Below the pieces are notes generated by a model. That model saw only the letters and a list, made by a program, of their open reading frames with translations, ran no database searches and was not told where the DNA came from. From assembly GCA_913020445.1 (NCBI GenBank), contig CAJWAR010000013.1, positions 13,226 to 77,225 of the forward strand: DNA of 64,000 bases, read 5' to 3'. Position numbers and translations under genes: made by a program. Shown here in pieces: positions 1-9,504 of the stretch (positions are counted from its first letter, which is position 1; each line of letters begins with the position of its first letter). This DNA is from an uncultured Rhodospirillaceae bacterium. Its GTDB lineage: Bacteria; Pseudomonadota; Alphaproteobacteria; Rhodospirillales; UBA2165.

Positions 1-980
1 CCATTAAATGATGTAGTTCCAGCGGAAGCACCACCGGCCCTCACTTTAAAAGTTGTAGACGAAGTTGTGCCCGCAGCCATGAAATGATTAAAACTTACGC
101 ATTCGGCATGGTTGGCAGTTTCCTGCTTAAATCCAGCCGCCAAGGCATTTGACGTGCTGTCTTGGAATAAAGCGACGGTATAGTTTAAAGAGGTGTTGTT
201 TGCGAAGAAGAAAACTACTTCGACTTTTAGTTTGTTAGCGGTATTGGTTGGAGTAATTGAGAGCGACATAAATTCATCACCCTCGGTGTTTTGCGGGATC
301 GTATTATCAAACGGAATGGTACCTGTACCGGTCGTAAATGTGCCAGTCTGCGTATTCACAACCTGGACAATTTTGCCGCCACCACTTGACGCATCTGTCC
401 AGGATGGGTTGGCGCTGGCACCGTTGGTTTTAAGCACCTGGCCGGACGTACCGGCCGCCAAACGGACATAATCGGTGCCGTTGTAATAGAGAACGTCACC
501 CTGCGCATCCGAACCCATGGCAATCTTGGTGCCATCGACCGCATTACTTGCGATCTTGGCTGTGGTGACACCGGCGTCATCAATCGAGATGGTGCCGGTG
601 CTGGTAATCGGGCCGCCGGTCAAGCCGGTACCGGTGGCAACAGAAGTAACTGCGCCATCGGCATATTGATCCATCGATTGCCATTCGGTGCCGTTACCCC
701 GCAACCAGACAACTTCGTCTTTTTCAAGGGTAGTTACTCCGTCAATGGTATCCGAGCCACTGGTTGCAAGTGTGACCGTATCAGAGCCGGTCGTGTTGTT
801 GCGGATGAAAATATTAAAACCATCGCCAATTTGATTATTTGATATCTCTGGCAATGTTGCGGTCGCATTGGCAGTGATTTCAAATTTTATTTCTTCACCA
901 CCGTCTTGCCGGTCAATCGTGTAGCTTGATGTCTTGATATTAACCGGAATTGTCGTTGAATTGTTTCCTAAAACGGGCAT
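1..980 (-). CDS. Partial CDS (5' part, runs off the window start): Gly/Thr/Asn-rich hypothetical protein with phage tail-fibre-like repeats
   Basis: Absent from the ORF track because there is no in-window stop. I checked every minus-strand codon from ATG 980..978 down to base 3 and found no stop in 326 codons. AAGGAG lies 9 nt upstream of the ATG. Translation: MPVLGNNSTTIPVNIKTSSYTIDRQDGGEE...GAVTSVATGTGLTGGPITSTGTISIDDAGVTTAKIASNAVDGTKIAMGSDAQGDVLYYNG... The function is a guess from the repeat style. Confidence 0.7.
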   Translation of the reverse strand, partial: MPVLGNNSTTIPVNIKTSSYTIDRQDGGEEIKFEITANATATLPEISNNQIGDGFNIFIRNNTTGSDTVTLATSGSDTIDGVTTLEKDEVVWLRGNGTEWQSMDQYADGAVTSVATGTGLTGGPITSTGTISIDDAGVTTAKIASNAVDGTKIAMGSDAQGDVLYYNGTDYVRLAAGTSGQVLKTNGASANPSWTDASSGGGKIVQVVNTQTGTFTTGTGTIPFDNTIPQNTEGDEFMSLSITPTNTANKLKVEVVFFFANNTSLNYTVALFQDSTSNALAAGFKQETANHAECVSFNHFMAAGTTSSTTFKVRAGGASAGTTSFN

Positions 981-1110
981 TTCTATTTTCTCCTTGGTTG
1001 ATTTAAATATGAGTTATTAATCCATTAACTTGGATTTTTATTCCATATCATAAGAACAAGTCGTGAACCTAGAAAAAAATTTATTTATTTGGATTACCGA
1101 TTGACTCTAG

Positions 1111-1173
1111 ACCCTGGATCAAGTCCAGGGTGACAGGTTAAATCCACCTCGTCATTCTGGCGAACGCCAGAAT
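1111..1173. repeat. Two adjacent REP-like extragenic stem-loops
   Basis: ACCCTGGA-tcaag-TCCAGGGT (1111..1131, perfect 8-bp stem) and ATTCTGGCG-aa-CGCCAGAAT (1154..1173, perfect 9-bp stem), both in the non-coding gap upstream of hisG. Confidence 0.6.
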
Positions 1174-1306
1174 CCAGTCTAAATTCATATTGAAATCTTA
1201 AATTTACCGGGACGGTTTACCTAATCGATAACATAAACAGTCGTCATACGCGGGCCCATTCTATCGTGCTGGCTGCGAATCCAGCTTGCATCTGCTTTTA
1301 ATATGG

Positions 1307-1329
1307 ATGCGCGGATCAAGCCCGCGCAT
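1307..1329. repeat. Third REP-like stem-loop, same family as 1111..1131
   Basis: ATGCGCGG-atcaagc-CCGCGCAT. It shares the GGATCAAG(T/C)CC core with the first hairpin, while the outer stem bases differ but stay complementary. Confidence 0.55.
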
Positions 1330-1443
1330 AACGGCAGTGCTTTTGATTAAGGTGGGGGTGTAACCCCAATAAAATTGTAGCCAACGCCTTGAAAACCCTC
1401 TAATAATGCGCGCGCCCAGCTAAATACTTGGGGAGATAGACCC

Positions 1444-2112
1444 GTGTTATCGAACGATAAACTCGTTCTTGCGTTACCGAAGGGCCGGATTTTGGAAGAA
1501 GTCATGCCCCTGGTGAGCCGTGCCGGCATCGAACCGGAAGCGGCGTTTGCCGACGAGGAGTCGCGCAAATTGCGCTTTGCGACGAACTATCCGGACCTCG
1601 ATATCGTGCGCGTGCGAAGCTTCGATGTCGCCACCTTCATTGCGTTCGGCGCTGCCCATTTTGGCGTCTCCGGCCAGGATGTGTTGATGGAGTTTGATAG
1701 TACAGAGATTTATGCGCCAATCGATCTCAATATCGGCCACTGCCGCATCATGGTCGCTGAACCCGCTGACATGGCGCCGGAAGACAACCCGCAGCGCTGG
1801 AGCCACATCCGGGTCGCGACTAAATATCCGGAGATTACCCGGCGTCACTTTGCCGCCCGGGGTGTGCAGGCCGAATGTATCAAGCTCAATGGCGCGATGG
1901 AAATCGCCCCCTCGATGGGCCTCTGTTCGCGTATTGTCGATCTGGTGTCGACAGGTTCTACCTTGAAAGCCAATGGCTTGGTCGAGGTCGAGGAGATTGC
2001 CAAGATTACTTCACGTCTGGCGGTCAACCGGACAGCGCTTAAAACCCGCTCGGAAGAAATGACCCATTGGATCGAGCGTTTCCGTGAGGCCGTCGATGCC
2101 GTGGCGGCTTAA
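1444..2112 (+). CDS. hisG: ATP phosphoribosyltransferase, short form
   Basis: GTG start preceded by GGGGAG. N-terminus [18 protein letters not shown]... and the ~220-aa length are typical of short HisG. It is followed by hisD. Confidence 0.93.
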   Translation: MLSNDKLVLALPKGRILEEVMPLVSRAGIEPEAAFADEESRKLRFATNYPDLDIVRVRSFDVATFIAFGAAHFGVSGQDVLMEFDSTEIYAPIDLNIGHCRIMVAEPADMAPEDNPQRWSHIRVATKYPEITRRHFAARGVQAECIKLNGAMEIAPSMGLCSRIVDLVSTGSTLKANGLVEVEEIAKITSRLAVNRTALKTRSEEMTHWIERFREAVDAVAA

Positions 2113-3412
2113 ATCAACAGACGCCAGCTTCGCCACAGATTTTCAGAATTTTCTAAATATCAAACGCGAAGCTCAGACCGACGTCGAGGCAGTGGTGGCC
2201 GAGATCGTCGAGGATATCCGTGCGCGTGGTGATCAGGCATTATTTGAGTATACCAGCCGCTTTGACCGCTTTGATCTGACGGCAGAGACCATTCGAATTA
2301 CAGCCGATGAGATCGCGGCAGCTTATAAAACCTGTAGTCACGACCAGCTTGATGCGCTGCACCTGGCGGCCACACGTATCCGCAGCTTTCATGAAAAGCA
2401 GCTGCCGGAAAATATCAGCTATGAGGATCAAGACGGCGTTAAGCTCGGGCTCAAATGGGGGGCCGTAGACGCCGTCGGTATGTATGTGCCGGGCGGTCTT
2501 GCATCCTATCCATCATCAGTCCTGATGAACGCAATCCCGGCAAAAGTCGCCGGGGTTAAACGGCTGGTGATGGTTGTGCCGACACCGGAGGGTGAGATCA
2601 ATCCACTGGTTCTGGCGGCGGCCAATATCGCCGACGTTGATGAGATTTACCGTATTGGCGGCGCCCAGGCGGTCGCGGCACTTGCCTTTGGTACTGAAAG
2701 CATCAAGCCCGTCGATAAAATCGTCGGTCCCGGCAATGCCTATGTCGCTACCGCCAAGCGCCAAGTGTTTGGTACCGTCGGCATCGATATGATCGCCGGA
2801 CCGTCTGAGATATTGGTCGTCGCCGATAGCCAGAACGATCCAAGCTGGATCGCTGCGGACCTGTTGTCACAAGCCGAGCATGACACCGCGGCGCAGGCTA
2901 TTCTCATCACCGATAATGCGGATTTTGCCGAGGCGGTCGTTCAGGCAGTTGATGTTCATTTACAGAAACTGCCGCGGACCGAAATTGCCGGCAAAAGCTG
3001 GCAGGATTTTGGTGCGGTTATCACGGTTGATGATTTGACTGAGGCGATTGCATTGATTGACGTCATCGCGCCGGAGCATTTGGAACTCGCCATTGAAGCG
3101 CCGGAAGAGATGGCCGCAAAACTCTCTCATGCCGGGGCGATTTTCTTAGGCCGTCACACGCCGGAAGCACTCGGTGACTATATCGGCGGGCCAAATCATG
3201 TCCTGCCGACCGGTCGCTCGGCGCGTTTTTCCTCCGGCCTTGGTGTTTTGGACTTTATGAAACGGACGACGCTGCTAGGTGTTACTGAACAATCAATCGG
3301 TGCGATTGGACCGGCAGCGGTAACCTTGGCAGAGGCCGAAGGTCTGGATGCGCACGCCTTATCTGTGGCGATCCGATTAGCAGATACAAAAAATAAACCG
3401 GATGGCGGGTAA
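2096..3412 (+). CDS. hisD: Histidinol dehydrogenase
   Basis: Motifs: [52 protein letters not shown]. The ORF opens at GTG 2084, but ATG 2096 gives the usual N-terminus. It overlaps the hisG end. Confidence 0.93.
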   Translation: MPWRLKSTDASFATDFQNFLNIKREAQTDVEAVVAEIVEDIRARGDQALFEYTSRFDRFDLTAETIRITADEIAAAYKTCSHDQLDALHLAATRIRSFHEKQLPENISYEDQDGVKLGLKWGAVDAVGMYVPGGLASYPSSVLMNAIPAKVAGVKRLVMVVPTPEGEINPLVLAAANIADVDEIYRIGGAQAVAALAFGTESIKPVDKIVGPGNAYVATAKRQVFGTVGIDMIAGPSEILVVADSQNDPSWIAADLLSQAEHDTAAQAILITDNADFAEAVVQAVDVHLQKLPRTEIAGKSWQDFGAVITVDDLTEAIALIDVIAPEHLELAIEAPEEMAAKLSHAGAIFLGRHTPEALGDYIGGPNHVLPTGRSARFSSGLGVLDFMKRTTLLGVTEQSIGAIGPAAVTLAEAEGLDAHALSVAIRLADTKNKPDGG

Positions 3413-3417
3413 GTGAC

Positions 3418-3888
3418 ATGGATGAACGCCGCCGTATCGTTAACGTCTTCCTGGACGAAGGAACAGTTGGCCGCCGCAGCCCGGAAATCGAACATGACCG
3501 AGCGGTGGCGATTTTTGATCTGCTTGAAGAGAATTATTTTGCCCCTGCCAATGGTGAACTTGGCCCGTTTTCCCTGCATTTGAGTTTGGCAGAAAATCGC
3601 CTGCAGGTTGATGTCCGTGATGAAGCCGAAATTGAAATATTTAAATTCAATTTACCACTGTCGAGTTTTCGATCGGTTATCAAGGATTACTTTTTAATCT
3701 GCGAAAGCTATTACGATGCCATCAAGGCGGCGAGCCCGTCTAAGATCGAAGCTATCGATATGGCGCGACGCGGTCTTCACAATGAAGGTTCAGAAATCTT
3801 GAAAGAACGCCTCATTGAACATGTTGAAGTGGATTTTGATACCGCGCGGCAGCTCTTCACTCTCATTTGTGTATTGCATATCCGGTGA
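3418..3888 (+). CDS. UPF0262 family protein
   Basis: SPEIEHDRAVAIFDLLEENYF matches my memory of the alphaproteobacterial UPF0262 family, which sits after hisD. Confidence 0.75.
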   Translation: MDERRRIVNVFLDEGTVGRRSPEIEHDRAVAIFDLLEENYFAPANGELGPFSLHLSLAENRLQVDVRDEAEIEIFKFNLPLSSFRSVIKDYFLICESYYDAIKAASPSKIEAIDMARRGLHNEGSEILKERLIEHVEVDFDTARQLFTLICVLHIR

Positions 3889-3895
3889 GTAGGCG

Positions 3896-4327
3896 ATGAA
3901 TGACCTGCCTTCCGCCGTCCTCTTCGCCTGTACCATGAATTCGGTGCGCTCAGCGATGGCGGAAGGAATTTTAAAAAGTCTCCACGGTGATCTCATATAT
4001 GTCGATTCAGCCGGTGTCAGGGCAGGCGAACCCAATGGTTTCATGATTGAAGTGATGGCGGAAATCGACATCGATCTTTCCAGTCATGTGTCGAAAACCA
4101 TAAAAACGCTTGATGATATGTCGTTTGATCTCATTGTCTCCTTGTCACCAGAAGCGCAGCATGCCGCGGTGGAATTGACGCGCTGGATGTCTTGCGATGT
4201 TGAATACTGGCCAACCCACGATCCTGATGCCATCCGCGGACGCCGGGAGTCCCGGCTCGACGGCTATCGCCAAATTCGTGACCAGATATATGGCAAAATT
4301 GAGCAGCGATTTCCGCCGCAAAACTAA
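3896..4327 (+). CDS. Low-molecular-weight protein-tyrosine phosphatase / ArsC-like
   Basis: N-terminal P-loop VLFACTMNSVRSAMAEG (C-x5-R-S). Confidence 0.8.
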   Translation: MNDLPSAVLFACTMNSVRSAMAEGILKSLHGDLIYVDSAGVRAGEPNGFMIEVMAEIDIDLSSHVSKTIKTLDDMSFDLIVSLSPEAQHAAVELTRWMSCDVEYWPTHDPDAIRGRRESRLDGYRQIRDQIYGKIEQRFPPQN

Positions 4328-4438
4328 CTGCAATCAAATAAGGAAGTGGCGGAATTTTGCGATTTATTAGAAAAAGTCTTGACCTCAAGGGGCTCTAACC
4401 CTTATTTCATTGCGCCAAGTCACAAACAAAGGTGAAAA

Positions 4439-4657
4439 ATGGCTAAAGAAGAACTATTGGAGTTTGAAGGTACGGTTACCGAATTGCTGCCCAATGCGAT
4501 GTTCCGGGTGGTGCTGGACAATGATCACGAAATTCTCGCTCACACTGCGGGTAAAATGCGGAAACACCGCATTCGGGTTCTGGCCGGCGATCGGGTCAAC
4601 GTCGAAATGACTCCTTATGATTTGAGCAAAGGGCGAATTACCTTTCGCTTTAAATAA
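4439..4657 (+). CDS. infA: Translation initiation factor IF-1
   Basis: 72 aa, [24 protein letters not shown]...RITFRFK. Confidence 0.97.
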   Translation: MAKEELLEFEGTVTELLPNAMFRVVLDNDHEILAHTAGKMRKHRIRVLAGDRVNVEMTPYDLSKGRITFRFK

Positions 4658-4663
4658 GATGAG

Positions 4664-4694
4664 GGCGCTTAATTTATTGAGCGCCGTTTTTTTT
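4664..4694 (+). terminator. Rho-independent terminator after infA
   Basis: GGCGCT-taatttattg-AGCGCC followed by T8. Confidence 0.8.
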
Positions 4695-4719
4695 CGTAAA
4701 CTGGCAAAGGGCTTCACCG

Positions 4720-5310
4720 ATGCTGGATAAATCCTCTCCGGAATTCATTTTAGCTTCAGCCTCGCCCCGGCGGGTGGATTTGTTGCGCCAGATAGGCATT
4801 GCGCCAGATCACATACTGCCGGCCGAAATCGATGAAACCTGCCTTAAAAATGAGCAGCCGCGCGAGCTGGTTGCCCGGTTGGCGGCGGCCAAGGCGGCCG
4901 CAATAGCTAAAGATCACCCGGATGCATTTATTTTGGCTGCCGATACCGTGGTCGCCTGCGGCCGGCGCGTCATGCCGAAAGCCGAAACCGTGGCTGATGC
5001 ACGCGCCTTCCTGAAACTGCTTTCCGGCCGCCGCCACCGGGTGATCGGTGGACTTTCAATTATTGCGCCGGATGGAGCATCGAGCGCGCGGGTGGTTGAA
5101 ACGGCAGTAACGTTTAAACGCTTATCTGAAGCTGAACTGGATTTCTATTTGGCCTCTGGTGAGTGGCAGGACAAAGCCGGCGCCTATGCCATTCAAGGTT
5201 TGGCGGCGCGCTTTGTGCGATCACTCAATGGTTCCTACAGCAACGTGGTGGGATTGCCGTTGTTTGAGACCAGCCAAATGCTCAGCGGACTTGGTTTTGA
5301 TTTTAAATAG
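4720..5310 (+). CDS. maf: Maf-like nucleoside triphosphate pyrophosphatase
   Basis: ILASASPRRVDLLRQIGI... and KAGAYAIQG motifs. Confidence 0.9.
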   Translation: MLDKSSPEFILASASPRRVDLLRQIGIAPDHILPAEIDETCLKNEQPRELVARLAAAKAAAIAKDHPDAFILAADTVVACGRRVMPKAETVADARAFLKLLSGRRHRVIGGLSIIAPDGASSARVVETAVTFKRLSEAELDFYLASGEWQDKAGAYAIQGLAARFVRSLNGSYSNVVGLPLFETSQMLSGLGFDFK

Positions 5311-5318
5311 AGCGGCGG

Positions 5319-6749
5319 ATGAACCTGGAAGTCTTCATCAATCACATACCCGGCGAGACGAGGCTGGTAGTTGCGCAAGACGGCCGGCTTATTGATCTGG
5401 TCATCGCCCGCGATCATGAAAACACCATCCTTGGCAATATCTATCTGGGCCGGATTGAAAAAGTCGTTGCCGGCTTGAACGCTGCCTTTGTCGATATCGG
5501 TCAAAACGTATCGGGATTCTTGGCTGCCGCCGATGGGCAAATTTTTGATCGAAACGCTGAAAAACCTAAACCGATCTCAGCGATTTTTAATGAAGGCGAT
5601 AAAGTCTTGGTTCAAGTTACACGGGAAGCCTCGCCGGGCAAGGGCGCCAAGCTGACAACTCGCCTCAGTTTAACCGGCCGCACCATTGTACTGACGCCTG
5701 GAAGGACCGGCGTATCCGTTTCAAAAAGCATCACGGATGAGAATGAGCAGCAGAGATTGCGGGAGGCGCTAGCCGGCTATGCACAATCTGAGGCGGGCTT
5801 GATCGTGCGAACGCGGGCACAAGGTGTTGCCGATGAATTTTTAAAAAGCGAAGCCGAAGCTTTAACCGACATTTGGCTGGATATTGAGGCGACGCATCAG
5901 ACCATGAAACCACCTGCCTGCGTGCACCAAGAATCTAACGCCGTTGCAAAATATTTGAGGGATCGAGGTGATCCAGCTTGGCAACGGATTGTCGTTGATG
6001 ATCGCACGGCTTTGGCTCGGTTTACGGATTCTTGCGCTGATGCTGTACCCGAACTGGTACCCTTATTCGAATTGGCGGAAGATCCGGTTGCACTGTTGGA
6101 AACCCACGATTTGGATCAGCAAATTGATGATCTGCTGCAACCGCATGTGAGCCTTCCTTCGGGTGGGCAATTGATCATTGAGGAAACCGCGGCTCTGGTG
6201 GCGATCGACGTTGATAGCGGCACCCATACGCGTGACCGTGATCCAGAAGCGTTTGCCCTCGCTGTCAATAAAGAAGCGGCCCATGAAATTGCCCGGCAGG
6301 TGGTTTTGAGAAATTTATCCGGCCAGATCGTGATTGATATGCTGCCTCTGAAACGCCGGGAAAACAGAGATAAAATACAAAACACCTTGGCCGAAGCTTT
6401 GGCGGGAGATGCTGCAAACTGCAATATTTTTGGCTTTAGCCGGTTGGGCAATTTGGAAATGACCCGGCGGCGGATGGGTGAAAGTTTAACCCGGCGGTTT
6501 TTGGTTAAATCGGCGGCGGCTCGATCACCCGAAAGCGCTGCGTTGGATGCGTTCCGGGCCATATTGAGAGAGCTTGAACGCAATCCCGGTAAGTCTCTTA
6601 CCGTTCAATGCGGTGCTGAATTACACGCATTGTTGACGGGTGAAATGCAGCGAATTTGGCAGAGCCTGCTTGAACGCACCGGCCCGGTTGTCGTATTAGA
6701 GAAATCGCCTGAATTATTGGTGGCACAATTTGATATTCGGATTAATTGA
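5319..6749 (+). CDS. rng: Ribonuclease E/G family protein
   Basis: S1-like N-terminus (GNIYLGRIEKVVAGLNAAFVDIG) and the core AIDVDSG motif. Its position after maf fits. Confidence 0.85.
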   Translation: MNLEVFINHIPGETRLVVAQDGRLIDLVIARDHENTILGNIYLGRIEKVVAGLNAAFVDIGQNVSGFLAAADGQIFDRNAEKPKPISAIFNEGDKVLVQVTREASPGKGAKLTTRLSLTGRTIVLTPGRTGVSVSKSITDENEQQRLREALAGYAQSEAGLIVRTRAQGVADEFLKSEAEALTDIWLDIEATHQTMKPPACVHQESNAVAKYLRDRGDPAWQRIVVDDRTALARFTDSCADAVPELVPLFELAEDPVALLETHDLDQQIDDLLQPHVSLPSGGQLIIEETAALVAIDVDSGTHTRDRDPEAFALAVNKEAAHEIARQVVLRNLSGQIVIDMLPLKRRENRDKIQNTLAEALAGDAANCNIFGFSRLGNLEMTRRRMGESLTRRFLVKSAAARSPESAALDAFRAILRELERNPGKSLTVQCGAELHALLTGEMQRIWQSLLERTGPVVVLEKSPELLVAQFDIRIN

Positions 6750-6763
6750 TTTAGAGACGAGAA

Positions 6764-6973
6764 ATGGCGACCAGCAAGCCACCCAAGAATAACGGCAAAC
6801 GCAAATGCCCTAATTGTGGTCAGCCGACCATGCCGAAATTCCGTCCATTTTGTTCGGCCCGATGCTCTCAGCTTGATCTTTCTAATTGGCTCAATGAAGA
6901 CTACCGCGTACCGGTCGTCGAAACCGATGATTTTGACGAAGATGATTTTCCTGATGAAGAGATTGAGAATTAG
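6764..6973 (+). CDS. yacG: DNA gyrase inhibitor YacG (zinc finger)
   Basis: CPNCGQP...FCSARCSQLDLSNWL..YRVP. Confidence 0.9.
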   Translation: MATSKPPKNNGKRKCPNCGQPTMPKFRPFCSARCSQLDLSNWLNEDYRVPVVETDDFDEDDFPDEEIEN

Positions 6974-7077
6974 GTAACCGGTCACGCGTTATTGATGTGT
7001 ACTGCGCCTGCCCACAATTGTTCTAAATTCCAAAATAGCGTAAGGCTGCACCTCGATTCGAATATCAAAAGGGGTGG

Positions 7078-7836
7078 GTGTTGGATTCCATACTGGCCAA
7101 AGAAGCGGCTGATCAATGGTCGATTGAGCATGATATCGATTGGGATTTGCCGATCCGCTATCCGTTTTGGTTCCGCCGCTCGACCTATATCAGAACGATC
7201 AGCCAGATTTATCATGGCGAGCGGTTAACCCAGCGCGCCTGCCAGCGCTTGCTGACGGAAGTCGACGATCCGTTGGTTAGCCAGTTTTTGGCCTGCCAAT
7301 TGGCCGACGAGCAAAAACACGAAGCGGTGTTCGCCAGATATATTAATCTTATGGGCGACATTGCGCCGATCGAACCGGCGATCAAGGACCCATTAGAAGG
7401 GAGTCTCGCCTGGCAAGGCTCGAAATTGGGTTCGCCCTTGGGAGTGATGATTTCCTTTCATATTGTTTTTGAGGGAGGTGCCGTGACAGTGCTTGATCGC
7501 CTTGGCCGAAGTTTACCCTGTCCGCTGTTTCGCGCCATCAATACCAAAGTGATGGCGGATGAAGCGCGCCACAATGCCTTCGGTACGAAATATGTGCGTG
7601 ATCAATTGCCGAACCTTTCTAATGAAGAACGTCTAGAGATTTTTGCGCATGTTGCCAGGCTTTGGCTCGATTGTGCGAAGGCCACGGAAAACCGTTATTC
7701 AATTCCGATTGCCTTGGTGACGCGCTTAAAATCGAATTATCTCGCCGAGAACTGGGAGCGTCAAAAACTGCAGCTCATTAAAATCGGTCTTGTGACCGCA
7801 GATGAGGCAATGAAGACAGAGGCAAGCCTAAGATGA
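7078..7836 (+). CDS. Ferritin-like diiron-carboxylate protein (oxygenase-like), function unknown
   Basis: Two E-x-x-H motifs (LADEQKHEAVF and MADEARHNAFG). GTG start after AGGGG. The stop overlaps the next start (ATGA). Confidence 0.6.
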   Translation: MLDSILAKEAADQWSIEHDIDWDLPIRYPFWFRRSTYIRTISQIYHGERLTQRACQRLLTEVDDPLVSQFLACQLADEQKHEAVFARYINLMGDIAPIEPAIKDPLEGSLAWQGSKLGSPLGVMISFHIVFEGGAVTVLDRLGRSLPCPLFRAINTKVMADEARHNAFGTKYVRDQLPNLSNEERLEIFAHVARLWLDCAKATENRYSIPIALVTRLKSNYLAENWERQKLQLIKIGLVTADEAMKTEASLR

Positions 7837-8507
7837 TCACCGTCATTATTCCGACGCTCAATGAGGCTGATTACCTGACGCCTTTACTTGGCGATTTGTC
7901 ACCTCAAATTGATGGTCATGAAATCATTGTTGCCGATGGCGGCAGTGTTGATGATAGTTTGGTGATTGCCGAGAAATTTGGCGCCAAAATCATTCGATCT
8001 GACCAAGGACGTGGCCAGCAGCTCAAAGCCGGAGCTGATCACGCCTGTGGCAAAGTATTGCTTTTCCTTCATGCCGATAGCCGCTTTCCGCGAGATGGCT
8101 TGGCGGCAATCGAACGCCAACTGATTGACCAGCCCGCCTGTGTCGGGGGCAATTTTAGGCTGGTCTTTGATGGTGATACCAGATTTAGCCGGTGGCTGAT
8201 CAAATTCTATGCCTGGATTAGAAAACTCGGTGTCTATTATGGTGATTCAGGCATTTTCGCCAGACGTGAAATTTATATCCAGATTGGCGGTATTCAACCT
8301 TTCGCCTTGATGGAAGACTATGATTTTAGCCGCCGTTTGGAAAAAGCCGGGCCGACATGTTGCATTGCAGAACCAGCGCTCATTACATCTTCACGCAAGT
8401 TCGAGGGCCGGCATGCGCCAGCAATAATCTGGGGCTGGTTTAAGATTCATGCGCTCTACCATTTCGGTGTTTCACCTGAAAAATTAGCAAAACTTTATTA
8501 CGGTTGA
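7833..8507 (+). CDS. Family 2 glycosyltransferase
   Basis: ITVIIPTLNEA...ADGGSVDDS...LFLHADS, typical of a GT-A/GT2 N-terminus. Confidence 0.8.
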   Translation: MITVIIPTLNEADYLTPLLGDLSPQIDGHEIIVADGGSVDDSLVIAEKFGAKIIRSDQGRGQQLKAGADHACGKVLLFLHADSRFPRDGLAAIERQLIDQPACVGGNFRLVFDGDTRFSRWLIKFYAWIRKLGVYYGDSGIFARREIYIQIGGIQPFALMEDYDFSRRLEKAGPTCCIAEPALITSSRKFEGRHAPAIIWGWFKIHALYHFGVSPEKLAKLYYG

Positions 8508-8619
8508 GTAAGTTTCGAACACGGAGTTTTGATCCAAGGTGAGTTTCGGAAGGCTTGGCGGCGTGCGTCAAGCCGTCTTTAATATGAATATCACCGGCTC
8601 ATAAGAAAGAAACTCAACG

Positions 8620-9468
8620 ATGACTTCTCAAACTAATCAAGCTCGTAAGAAATCTCCCGGCTTCGAAAAGCATCCGGGATACATGGTCCATATCGAGAAT
8701 TCGCCGCGCCGCGTCCGGGTTGAGTTGGGTGGCGAGACGATAGCTGACAGCGCTAATATGTTGCTGCTGCGCGAAAGCGATCATGTACCGGTCTATTATT
8801 TTCCGCGCGATGACGTGCGGATGGATCACTTGTCCAGGACGGAGCAAAGCACTTTCTGCCCGTTCAAAGGAGAAGCGTCATATTGGTCAGTTTCAATAGG
8901 TGACAAAGCAGTTGAAGATGCAGTGTGGAGCTATGAGACGCCGTTCGAAGAGGCGTCTGGCATCAAGGATTATCTCGCTTTTTATTGGAACAAAATGGAG
9001 CGCTGGTTTGAGGAGGATGAAGAAATTTTTGTCCACCCTCGCGACCCCTACAAGCGCGTTGATGCGATTAAAAGCAGCCGTAGCGTGAAAATTGTGCTCG
9101 GCGGCGAAACCGTTGCCGAGAGCTCAAACGCAACCTTTGTCTTCGAGACCGGCATGCTGACCCGATATTACCTGCCAGTGGATGATATCAAGATGGCAGT
9201 ATTGACACGATCTGAAACGACGACACGATGTCCTTATAAAGGCATCGCCAGCTATTGGTCGGTTGAGGCCGGTGGACAGGTTTATGATGATATTGTCTGG
9301 AGCTACCCCGAGCCACTTCCCGAAGCACCAAAGCTCAAGAATTTACTTTGCTTTTTCAATGAAAATGTCGATGCCATTTTGATCGATGGTGAAGAACAGG
9401 TAAAAGCCCAAACCAAGTGGTCCAAATTTTTAGCTGAAACTTTGGATGGCCCAGAACATATTGTCTGA
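8620..9468 (+). CDS. DUF427 domain protein with two tandem DUF427 copies
   Basis: The pattern R(V)..LGGE.(I/V)A.S......E......YY(F/L)P..D......L.....T.CP(F/Y)KG.ASYWSV occurs twice. Confidence 0.75.
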   Translation: MTSQTNQARKKSPGFEKHPGYMVHIENSPRRVRVELGGETIADSANMLLLRESDHVPVYYFPRDDVRMDHLSRTEQSTFCPFKGEASYWSVSIGDKAVEDAVWSYETPFEEASGIKDYLAFYWNKMERWFEEDEEIFVHPRDPYKRVDAIKSSRSVKIVLGGETVAESSNATFVFETGMLTRYYLPVDDIKMAVLTRSETTTRCPYKGIASYWSVEAGGQVYDDIVWSYPEPLPEAPKLKNLLCFFNENVDAILIDGEEQVKAQTKWSKFLAETLDGPEHIV

Positions 9469-9504
9469 TTATTATAGCGGCCTTTGCTGAATTGAGGGGG
9501 TGTT

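Noticed and set aside
1268-1285. GCTGG-ctgcgaat-CCAGC, resembling a tRNA T-arm (GAATCC) next to the phage-like gene; considered as a possible att-site tRNA remnant.
   Set aside because: The loop is 8 nt rather than 7. I could not fold any acceptor, anticodon or D arm around it, so the evidence is insufficient.
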